Origin: Pirellulales bacterium
Lineage (GTDB): Bacteria; Planctomycetota; Planctomycetia; Pirellulales; UBA1268
Direction of reading: 5' to 3'
Assembly: GCA_040877375.1 (NCBI GenBank)
Contig: JBBDNW010000231.1
Span: 1-58,177 of the forward strand
Length of the DNA stretch: 58,177 nt
The position numbers and the translations under genes are program-made. Below, piece by piece: positions 1-7,075 of the stretch; the stretch's first letter is position 1; the number at the start of each line of letters is the position of its first letter. The notes below the pieces were generated by a model. That model had not been told where the DNA came from and ran no database searches. It saw nothing but the letters and a program-made list of their open reading frames with translations.

Positions 1-1843
1 CGCCATGCCGAAATAGCAGCGCAGCCCGCTTCGCATTCGCTTGTTTAAGGGCTAGTTCGAACATCTGGCGGAGCTGGTCGGTCGTGCGGAAGTCCGATAC
101 CACCTCGGAGAGTACGACGAGCCAATAGTCGCGCCGCAGGTCGCCCTGCGTTGCAAACACATCGCGCTCGAGCACCCGAACGGGCAGCGACTCGCGGCTG
201 ACCGAATCACGGAGCACCGCTGCGAACTGGCTGCTGATTTCGACGGCATCGACGGGATGGCCGCGACGGGCAAGCGCGAGGGCATTGCGGCCGGTGCCCG
301 CGCCGATGTCGAGCACCGGACACGCCGCCGGGTCGTCGGCCTCTTGCGCCAGCGCCCACACGCGGGCATCGGCCGACGTGCCAAAGTAGGGCGGCTGACG
401 ATGGGCGACCCACTCATCGTAGGCCGCGTCGATCGACGACCACTTGGCCGTGATGGTGTAGTTCACCTTCAGGCCGAGCGGCGCGTCGAAGGCGATCACG
501 ATCTCCGACCGCGGCGAAGCCTTGAACGCGATGGCGAGCTGGCCGTCGAGGGCCGCCCGCAGCGTGCGGCGTTGCTCCGCGGAAAACTCCACCCCCAGGG
601 CCGCGAACGTCTTGAGACAAAGAGCCTCGTAGTCGTCGCCCAGGCTCGGCGCGGCGGGCAGGCGGATCTGGCCCGTGGCGATCGCGCGGCCCAGCAGCCG
701 GCGGACGAGCGGATCGCGGAGCGACGGATCGGTTACGGCGGCGACAGCGAGCTGCGCCGCCGCCCGCTCGAGGTTGGCTGCGATCCGCTGCCGGTCGGCA
801 GGAGGGATGTCGGCGCAGGCGAGCACCCGCTGCCAGAGGGCGACCGCCTCCGGCCATTGATTGATCCACGAGCTGCAGACGGCCTGCTCGTCGAAAGCCC
901 GCCAGGTGGAGATGTCGGCCTGCACAAACAGCTGATCGTTCGCTGGCAGCGGAATCTCCGCGGCCATCCGCGCGAAGAGGCGGCCGAGCGCGTAGCGGCC
1001 ATCGATGCGGTGCCGGACGGCGATGGCGTAGAGCGGCTCGGCCCGCGTGGGCCGGTAGTTCCAGGCCCGCAGGTAGGCATCTTGCACCTGTGGTCACGGC
1101 TCGCCGAGCTGCTCCCGCACCTGCGCGGCCTGGAAGAGCGACCAGTAGACCTCCTCGTCCCAGCCGCCCATCTCCGCCCGCCGCTGGTACCACGTGAGGG
1201 CCGGGGCTAGGTGGCCGGCATGCAGATGACTCTGCGCCAGGTAGAAAACCGACCGTGTGTTGGTGGGATCACGCTCGACCTCCGCCTCGAGCACCTCGGC
1301 GTCACGAACGTATTTCTGCGGGTCGCGGCTCCGCGTGCCCAGGCGGCGGGATTGGATGTGGTAGTCGCCCGCGAGCCTGACTTCCGTAAAGGGCACCTCG
1401 CAGACGGCAGCTTCGTGGAGCACGCCCGCATAGCGTCAGGGCACGCCGTCGCGAAACAGTTGCCGCCGCCAGTAGGTGGCCCCGTCGAAGATGCGCATGG
1501 CGTAGACGTCGGCGGAGAGCCTGCCAAAGTCGACGGTGCCCACGACGGTGTCGTCGGCGTCCATCACCCAGATGTAGTCGCCACGGCCCTGGGCGAGCGC
1601 GAGCGCCTCGGTGCGGTTGTGCCCGAAGTCTCGCCAGGGCCGCTCATAGAGCTCACCGGGGATGCCGCGGTCGGCCATCAGCTGTCGGATCACGTCCTGC
1701 GTGCCGTCGGTCGAGCCAGTATCGACGACCACCCAGGAGTCGATCCTGTCGGCGACCGCCGCAACGAGCTCGTGAATGATGTGCGCCTCGTTGCGCACGA
1801 TCATGTTGAGGCAGATTCGTGGACTGTTGGCGGCGTGCGTCAT
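1..1843 (-). pseudogene. Family-2 glycosyltransferase + TPR-like region + class I SAM-dependent methyltransferase domain in a single reading frame. It is interrupted by two in-frame TGA codons (1436-1438 and 1094-1096), and the 3' end runs off the left edge of the window.
   Basis: Track ORFs 1436..1843 (MTHAANSPRICLNMIVRNE...DTGSTDGT...WVMDADD, GT2-like) and 1094..1423 (TPR-like, ...VFYLAQSHLHAG...WYQRRAEMGGWDEEVYWSL) are in the same frame. By hand translation the same frame stays open from 1093 to base 1: PQVQDAYLRAWNYRPTRAEPLYAIAVRHR...CPVLDIGAGTGRNALALARRGHPVDAVEIS, where the last part is SAM-methyltransferase motif I. This stretch is absent from the track, presumably because it has no stop inside the window. 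Confidence 0.6.
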
Positions 1844-1989
1844 GGAAAACGTGGAAAACGGTGCCTTGCACCAAATGTGGGCAATCGTGTCATCCTAGCG
1901 GGCCCACGGCGGCGCTCCGGTAGATTTTACTTTGTGTCAGCCGCGGGTGCGGCGGCCGTACGGTTCACGCCGTGACGCTCCCTGGCGTG

Positions 1990-2116
1990 CCGCCCCCAAG
2001 AAGCCCGGAGCGCGAGCGCCGGGTATACGGGTGGCGACCGCGACGGCCGCGCGGAGCGGGTTGACGTGGCGGGCCTATTCCCCGCGCTCGCGCTTGGGGC
2101 TTCCTGATGGGAGGCA
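1990..2116. repeat. Intergenic repeat family: module D plus its imperfect inverted partner
   Basis: 'aagaagcccggagcgcgagcgccggg' lies about 50 nt from 'attccccgcgctcgcgcttggggcttcctgatgggagg'. The arms are imperfect reverse complements. The same architecture occurs at 23925-24055 and in the 37498 array. Confidence 0.75.
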
Positions 2117-2437
2117 GCGTTGCGTGTACCCCCACAGACGCCCGATCGATCGAGAGATTTCATTGCTCGCTCCTCGGGTGGGGCGTACCATAAGCACTCG
2201 CCGCGGTCGGAAAAGGCGACTGGGTTCTCTGCCAAGTCACGAGCAAAGCCTCTGGAGACGAGACGGCGATCCTGATCAGCACGGATGATTTTGAGTCCGG
2301 GTAGGCTTCGGGTGGAAAGCTTCTCCCGACCAGGAAAGCTCTTCACGGCGGACGAGAGCCTCTTCCACCCGTCGTTCACGAACCCTCCGCCTTCGTCCTC
2401 ATGGCCATCAACGCGGGCATCCTCGGGCTCAGCCAGT

Positions 2438-2590
2438 GGCGGAAGCGGCGAGATGGCACCTTGGAGGAGAAAGGAAAGGGCGTCGGCGAACGCTCTTAGG
2501 AGCGCCTGAGCCGCCGCGGCGATAGAGCGACGAGACTTTTGCCGCCCCCGATCCGGCGATCCACGTAAGTTGGATGCGGTCTCGGCTCGC
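2438..2590 (+). repeat. Intergenic repeat family: modules A (partial) + B + C
   Basis: 'gagatggcaccttggaggag...gtcggcgaacgctcttaggagcgcctgagccgccgcggcgatagagcgacgagacttttgccgcccccgatccggcgatccacgtaagttggatgcgg'. Positions 2482-2562 match 4033-4113 at 80 of 81 bases. Confidence 0.85.
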
Positions 2591-2602
2591 CTCATCGTCT
2601 GC

Positions 2603-3757
2603 TCATCGACCGCGTTCGACACCGCTGATCGCATCCGCGAGCGGGACGACTTCGATTCCCGCCCGCAGCGTGTAGGACTTCGCAACAGGCGCGACCACGA
2701 AGAGGCGGTCGAGGCCGAGATCCTGCTGGGCGACGAGCATTGAGCGGGTGAGTTTCGGGGCATCAGCCACCTTGAATTCGAATCCGACACGACGGCCGCC
2801 AAGCGTCGTCAAGAGGTCGACTTCGGCCCCCGACTGTGTCGCCCAGAAAGAACAGTCGTCATACGGAAGGCAGGCGATGATCTGCTCCATGGCAAATCCC
2901 TCCCAACTACCACCCAGCTTTGGATGCCCGAGGAGTGCAGATTCGTCAGGAATGCCGAGCAGCGCGTGCAGCAAACCGCTGTCGCGGACGAAGATCTTGG
3001 GCCGCCGTACGAGACGTTTGCCAAGATTCGCGAACCATGGGGGAAGGAGCCGGATCATAAATGCCGCGGAGAGCATTTCGAGATGGCGGAGCACAGTCTT
3101 ATGGGTCTCGCCGAGCGACCTGCCAAACTCCGACGCGTTGAGATACTGCCCATGGTGGTGCGCGGCCATCCGCCAGAGCCTACCGAGTGACGCTGGCGTC
3201 GCTCCTAGGCCGAGCGTGCCGAAATCCCGCTCCATGAAGCTCCGGAGAAAATCGTTGCGCCACGCAAAACTCGCGTCGTCTCCCGCGGCGAGAAACGACC
3301 GCGGAAATCCACCTCGCAGCCAGAGCACCCGCTGGACGGCGAGGCCGACGTCGCCGAGTGAAAAGCCCTGCATGTCCACAAACGCGACCCGTCCAGCCAA
3401 TGATTCCGTCACGCCACGTACGAGGTGCGGCGACGCGCTTCCGAGCAACAGAAACTTTGCCGGACTGCCCGGCCGGTCAATCAACACCCGCAACACGGGG
3501 AAGAGTTCGGGCAGCCTTTGCACCTCGTCGATCACCACGAGACCGCGGAGCCCCTCCATGGCCAACATGGGGTTCTGCAGTGCCGCTTCGTCGGCCGGGT
3601 GCTCAAGGTCGAAAAACCGCGCCGCGACACCGCGATTGGAGGCAATCTCGCGTGCGATCGTTGTCTTCCCGCACTGCCGCGGCCCCAGCAGCGCGACCGC
3701 TGGCGCCCGCTCAAGTCCTCGGGAAACAGCATCTCGAAGCTGAGTTCGATCAATCAT
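2603..3757 (-). CDS. AAA+ ATPase of the AAA_14/DUF4143 type (ATP-binding protein, function unknown)
   Basis: Track ORF 2603..3838. Walker A is LLGPRQCGKTT and Walker B-like is LVVIDEVQ. The C-terminal region (KIFVRDSGLLHALLG...WEGFAMEQ) is typical of DUF4143 proteins. I chose the start at MIDRTQLRD (ATG 3755-3757); an in-frame upstream ATG at 3794-3796 is also possible. Confidence 0.8.
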   Translation of the reverse strand: MIDRTQLRDAVSRGLERAPAVALLGPRQCGKTTIAREIASNRGVAARFFDLEHPADEAALQNPMLAMEGLRGLVVIDEVQRLPELFPVLRVLIDRPGSPAKFLLLGSASPHLVRGVTESLAGRVAFVDMQGFSLGDVGLAVQRVLWLRGGFPRSFLAAGDDASFAWRNDFLRSFMERDFGTLGLGATPASLGRLWRMAAHHHGQYLNASEFGRSLGETHKTVLRHLEMLSAAFMIRLLPPWFANLGKRLVRRPKIFVRDSGLLHALLGIPDESALLGHPKLGGSWEGFAMEQIIACLPYDDCSFWATQSGAEVDLLTTLGGRRVGFEFKVADAPKLTRSMLVAQQDLGLDRLFVVAPVAKSYTLRAGIEVVPLADAISGVERGR

Positions 3758-3799
3758 GATTGCATTATGGGAATCGGATTCCCATAATGCAATCATGAT
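3753..3799. promoter_or_regulatory. Perfect 23-bp + 23-bp inverted repeat (1-nt centre) overlapping the ATPase start codon. Candidate operator or translation-blocking hairpin.
   Basis: 'atcatgattgcattatgggaatc' g 'gattcccataatgcaatcatgat'. I checked base by base that the arms are exact reverse complements. The element is AT-rich relative to its surroundings. Each arm carries an in-frame ATG of the downstream gene. Confidence 0.7.
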
Positions 3800-3843
3800 C
3801 AGTTTAGTGGCCGCAAACTCCGGCACCGCTGGGGACAACTAGC

Positions 3844-3859
3844 TTTTCCCGCGGGAAAA
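3844..3859. promoter_or_regulatory. 16-bp perfect palindrome upstream of the DUF4143 ATPase gene
   Basis: 'ttttcccgcgggaaaa' lies about 90 bp upstream of the chosen start. Its function is unknown. Confidence 0.3.
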
Positions 3860-3939
3860 ATCCCCGGACGGGCCGCCAGTCGATCGCGGCCCGTTCCGAC
3901 TTGCCTTGGTTCAGCGTGAACTGGAATCGCGAGGGCAAG

Positions 3940-4160
3940 GCCTCGAGCGCATCTGCCTTTTGTGGAGCGGGGCGGGGTGCTACCCGCATTCCCCGCGCTT
4001 GCGCTTGGGGCTTCCTGACGGGAGGCAGGGGGGTCGGCGAACGCTCTTAGGAGCGCCTGAGCCGCCGCGGCGATAGAGCGACGAGACTTTTGCCGCCCCC
4101 GAGCCGGCGATCCGCCACAGTCGAATGCGCTCTCGCAGCGGTGTGGAGCGGGGTGCCACG
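3940..4160 (+). repeat. Intergenic repeat family: modules A + D + B + C
   Basis: 'gcctcgagcgcatctgccttttgtggagcgggg...attccccgcgcttgcgcttggggcttcctgacgggagg...gtcggcgaacgctcttaggagcgcc...gacgagacttttgccgcccccgagccggcgatcc...gtcgaatgcgctctc'. Confidence 0.85.
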
Positions 4161-4211
4161 TGTTCCTCTGGGGTCGTGCCGGTTTTAGAAACCGGCCCAG
4201 ACCCTGAGTAG

Positions 4212-4285
4212 TGGGCAGCACAGGATTCGAACCTGTGACCTCTACGGTGTGAACGTAGCGCTCTAACCAACTGAGCTAGCTGCCC
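4212..4285 (-). tRNA. tRNA-Val (anticodon CAC)
   Basis: The reverse complement reads gggcagctagctcagttggttagagcgctacgttCACaccgtagaggtcacaggttcgaatcctgtgctgccca. It has a cloverleaf with a GTTCGAATC T-loop. No CCA is encoded. Confidence 0.9.
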
Positions 4286-4397
4286 GGTTCATCGGTCATC
4301 GGCGGGCCTTCGCGGGAAGTTCCACCGAAACCGTCATCACCATACCGTCCCTACGATCGCCCGGAAAGGACTTCTTCTCCGGCCGCGAAACAGACGG

Positions 4398-4688
4398 TCA
4401 CTCGGCCAGCGGTGACTCGGCCAGCGGGGGCTCGAACCGCGGCGTCTCGACCAACCGCGTGCCCGCCGGTTCGTCGTTCGTCAGGCCAATGTTTCGCGAC
4501 GATCGTCCCGGTAACGGGCCGTCAACCCGCGCCGCCGTTTCCAGTTCGCGGGAGAGCGTCTGCCACTGTCGCCGTAGGTCACCGAAGGTCTTGCCGAACG
4601 AGCGGCCTACCTCGGGCAGTCGCTTGCCGTAAAGCATGACCGCGATCGCACCGATCACGACGATCTCAAAGGGGCCAAGGCCAAACAT
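4398..4688 (-). CDS. tatA: Twin-arginine translocase TatA/TatB-family protein
   Basis: MFGLGPFEIVVIGAIAVMLYGKRLPEVGRSFGKTFGDLRR is the canonical TatA/E N-terminus: a TM helix, a hinge Gly and an amphipathic helix. Confidence 0.85.
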   Translation of the reverse strand: MFGLGPFEIVVIGAIAVMLYGKRLPEVGRSFGKTFGDLRRQWQTLSRELETAARVDGPLPGRSSRNIGLTNDEPAGTRLVETPRFEPPLAESPLAE

Positions 4689-4700
4689 GTTCGCTCCGAC

Positions 4701-4889
4701 CTAGCGTGCGTCGGAATGGCCGGAATCACGCGGGCCGCCATCCTCGATGCCCTGGACGCCCCGCTTGAACTCGACGATGCCCTCGCCAAGCGATCGCATC
4801 ACCTTGGGGAGCCGTGAGCCGAAGAGCAGGAGCACCACGCCCGCCACGATCAGGAGTTCCATCGGGCCAAGACCGAACATCGCAAACAT
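4701..4889 (-). CDS. tatA: Twin-arginine translocase TatA-family protein (second paralog)
   Basis: This is the C-terminal 62 aa of track ORF 4701..5111: MFAMFGLGPMELLIVAGVVLLLFGSRLPKVMRSLGEGIVEFKRG. The ATG at 4887-4889 was verified. Confidence 0.85.
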   Translation of the reverse strand: MFAMFGLGPMELLIVAGVVLLLFGSRLPKVMRSLGEGIVEFKRGVQGIEDGGPRDSGHSDAR

Positions 4890-5034
4890 AGGCAGGGGCA
4901 CGGCATAACCCTCCGGTGGTCGGGAAGACGATCGCGGCCGGTGCGGCACGCGACTCACTCCATACGTAAGTCTAATCCCAGGGGTGCGGTGGTCAAACCT
5001 TCGGCGGCCGCCTCCCGCCCCCGAATCCGCAGCG

Positions 5035-6636
5035 TCACGGCGAACTGGGCGTCGCCGCAGCCATCCGAGGCTCTCGCTGGTGCATCGGCAGATGCCGGTA
5101 ATAAACCTCAAGCGTCATCGCCGACAGTGCGGTGGAATAGACGCGGCCGCCATGGCCGCCCCAGACGGGATCGGGATCCCAACTGCCCTGGAGCGGGCTG
5201 CTCTCCCGTCGCTGCAGCGGCAGCAGTGCTGACTGGAGATGCAGGTTCCATCGCTCCCACTGCGGTCCCCCCGCGTGAAACGACGCGAGCGTGGCGTAGT
5301 ACCACGTGTAGGCGTTGTAGTTCGCCGCGGCCGGCGGCGCCGCGGCGATCATGGCCAGTGCCTCGGTCGCCGCCGGCTGGCCCGCGGGCATGCCGAGCAG
5401 GAGCCTGCAATAGAGCGCCTCGGCCGTCATCGCCATGCTGGGCCGTTCGCCCGGTCGATAGGCGGCGAGCCCGCCGGCGGCTCCGCTGGAAACAGACTGC
5501 AGAAATCCACGTGCCCGCGATTCCGCCACCTCAAACCCGGACATCCCGGTATTCCTCGCGCTCGCCAGCACCATCACCTGCCAGCCGCACTGGCTCGTAT
5601 CGCCCCGGTCACCCGCGGCATATCGCCAGCCGCCGGTGTGCGGGTGCTGCATGGCAAGCGTGTGAGCAACGGCTCGGACGAGCGGCTGCCGGAGCGCATC
5701 GTCGCCCGTCATCACCTGGCATTCCGTCACCGCAATCGTCGCCATGCCATGGCAATAGAGCGCGGCAAAAAACTCGGCGTCACCCGCGAGTGAGCCGTCG
5801 GAACGCTGTCGCCCCACGAGAAAGCGAATGCCACGCTCGACGACTGCGGCATGGGGCCCGTCACGGTGCGTGTTGCCCGCGCCCAGGAAGGCGAGGAGTG
5901 CCAGCCCGGTGACGCCGTGGTCGCTCTTCGCGCCGACGCCGGGCTGATGATTCCCACGCACGGCCCGCTGCCCGCCCGCACCATGCTCGGCGGCGTTCCA
6001 GCGGCCGTCGGCAGCCTGCGCTGCGGCGAGCCACGCGAGGGCCGACTGCACGGCTCGCTCCGTCGCCTCCGAACCTCCGCGCGCCGCGGCGGCCGTCGCT
6101 CGGCGGGCACCAACGCGGTCGGCATACGTGTTGGGCACGCGGTGCGACGGCGCATCCGCGCGATCCGCGCCCTCGACCCCACCATCCGGCGACGGCTCGG
6201 CAACCTGCGACTCCGCGGGGGCCGCGTCGAGCAGCGGCACATGATCGACCGGCGCGACCGCCACCTCGCCCTCTGCCGGGAGCAGGGGGATGGCCGGCAC
6301 ATCGGTGGCGGCGGCTGGAGCCATTCGCGCATCCTGGGCGGCGGCGGGCTCGGTGTGCGACGGCGACGAGTCTTCGGCGACAGCGGGTGCGTCGACCGGC
6401 TGCTCGGCGAGCGCGACGGTGATCGACATTCGCCCCTCTTCATTCCGTCCCCTCGAGGCGGGTGCAAAGCCGCCGACCAACGCGCAGACAACCGCCAGCA
6501 CCCCGTGCAGCAGCACCGAAAGGGCCACGCACTTCGCGAGCGTGCGCGACTGGAGCCACCGCGTTCGTACGATCACGACGAGGCCGATCACCGTCACCGC
6601 GGCGAGGACCGACCATGCGATGCCGCCGGTGCCCAT
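5035..6636 (-). CDS. Membrane-anchored protein with a TonB-like N-terminal anchor (SxxxH), a Pro/Ala/Glu-rich linker and a C-terminal prenyltransferase/squalene-cyclase-repeat (alpha/alpha-toroid) domain
   Basis: Track ORF 5035..6684. I chose the start at MGTGGIAWSV (6636), 10 nt after the exbD stop. 'KCVALSVLLHGVLAVVCAL' resembles the E. coli TonB 'LLSVCIHGAVVAGLL' anchor. The linker is AEQPVDAPAVAEDSSPSHTEPAAA...PLLDAAPAESQVAEPSP. The C-terminal part has repeats such as ALAWLAAAQAADGRW, GIRFLVGRQRSDGS, AMQHPHTGGWRY and QCGWQVMVL. Confidence 0.7.
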   Translation of the reverse strand: MGTGGIAWSVLAAVTVIGLVVIVRTRWLQSRTLAKCVALSVLLHGVLAVVCALVGGFAPASRGRNEEGRMSITVALAEQPVDAPAVAEDSSPSHTEPAAAQDARMAPAAATDVPAIPLLPAEGEVAVAPVDHVPLLDAAPAESQVAEPSPDGGVEGADRADAPSHRVPNTYADRVGARRATAAAARGGSEATERAVQSALAWLAAAQAADGRWNAAEHGAGGQRAVRGNHQPGVGAKSDHGVTGLALLAFLGAGNTHRDGPHAAVVERGIRFLVGRQRSDGSLAGDAEFFAALYCHGMATIAVTECQVMTGDDALRQPLVRAVAHTLAMQHPHTGGWRYAAGDRGDTSQCGWQVMVLASARNTGMSGFEVAESRARGFLQSVSSGAAGGLAAYRPGERPSMAMTAEALYCRLLLGMPAGQPAATEALAMIAAAPPAAANYNAYTWYYATLASFHAGGPQWERWNLHLQSALLPLQRRESSPLQGSWDPDPVWGGHGGRVYSTALSAMTLEVYYRHLPMHQREPRMAAATPSSP

Positions 6637-6646
6637 CGCGACCCGC

Positions 6647-7072
6647 TCACTTTCTGCGTGCGTCGGCCCGCGGCTGGACGGCAATCGCGACGTTCGTCAC
6701 GCCCGCGACTCGGCAGGCCTCGTAGATCTCGGCCATGCGGCCGTGCGGCACGGCTCGCTCGCCGCGGATCATGACCGAGAGATCGGGATTCGATTCCCGC
6801 GCCGCCGACAGCCGCGCCGCGAGCGACTCCGACGCGACCTCCTCGCCCCCCACGCGCACGCCGCCTGACGCCTCGACATCGACGATCTCTGGCCGCCCCC
6901 CGGCCGCGGCCGCTGCGGCTCCCGCCTGTGGCAGGTCGAGGTCGAACTTCCGCTCGTCGTCGGAAAACTTGGTCGCGCACATGAAGAAGATCGTGAGCAC
7001 GAGCACGACGTCGATCATGGGCGCGAGATTCGGAGCCGGCTCTTCCTCGCTATCCAGTCGCACGAGCGGCAT
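6647..7072 (-). CDS. exbD: Biopolymer transport protein ExbD/TolR
   Basis: NLAPMIDVVLVLTIFFM...PDLSVMIRGERAVPHGRMAEIYEACRVAGVTNVAIAV shows typical ExbD/TolR layout. Confidence 0.85.
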   Translation of the reverse strand: MPLVRLDSEEEPAPNLAPMIDVVLVLTIFFMCATKFSDDERKFDLDLPQAGAAAAAAGGRPEIVDVEASGGVRVGGEEVASESLAARLSAARESNPDLSVMIRGERAVPHGRMAEIYEACRVAGVTNVAIAVQPRADARRK

Positions 7073-7075
7073 AGT

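Noticed and set aside
257-1210. Long ORFs on the opposite strand or in alternative frames of recognisable genes. Examples: 257..1210(+), 414..1193(-), 4941..5912(+), 13559..15100(-), 16167..17366(-), 19110..20090(-), 25139..26371(+), 29780..30904(-), 33030..34616(-), 38038..39072(+), 44519..45475(-), 56842..58086(+).
   Set aside because: Their translations are dominated by Arg/Pro/Gly/Ala runs, which is typical of out-of-frame reading of GC-rich DNA. They carry no recognisable motifs. Each fully overlaps a gene with strong family signatures, so I treat them as shadow ORFs.
1094-1438. Selenocysteine or genome-wide UGA recoding as an explanation for the two in-frame TGA codons.
   Set aside because: The expected residue at both sites appears to be Trp, not Cys/Sec. 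I see no obvious SECIS-like hairpin immediately downstream. TGA clearly terminates other genes in this window (for example atpD, atpZ, atpB and aroK).
3753-3799. The palindrome as a dif/Xer recombination site (it contains CATAATG-like motifs).
   Set aside because: dif sites are about 28 bp, with two different 11-bp arms around a 6-bp core. This element is a perfect 23+23 palindrome with a 1-nt centre and does not match the dif consensus layout.
3799-4221. ORFs crossing the repeat elements. Examples: 3799..4221(-), 3980..4270(-), 10646..11079(-), 23819..24157(-), 27561..27980(-), 37468..38028(+), 37488..37847(+), 37536..37859(-), 57989..58177(-). They yield recurring peptides such as RQEAPSASAGN, LPSGSPKRKRGE and PRACAWGFLTG.
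   Set aside because: The same peptides arise wherever the DNA repeat occurs, in both orientations and in different frames. The ORFs begin and end arbitrarily within intergenic repeats, and one even overlaps tRNA-Val. They are repeat-derived artefacts, not a protein family.
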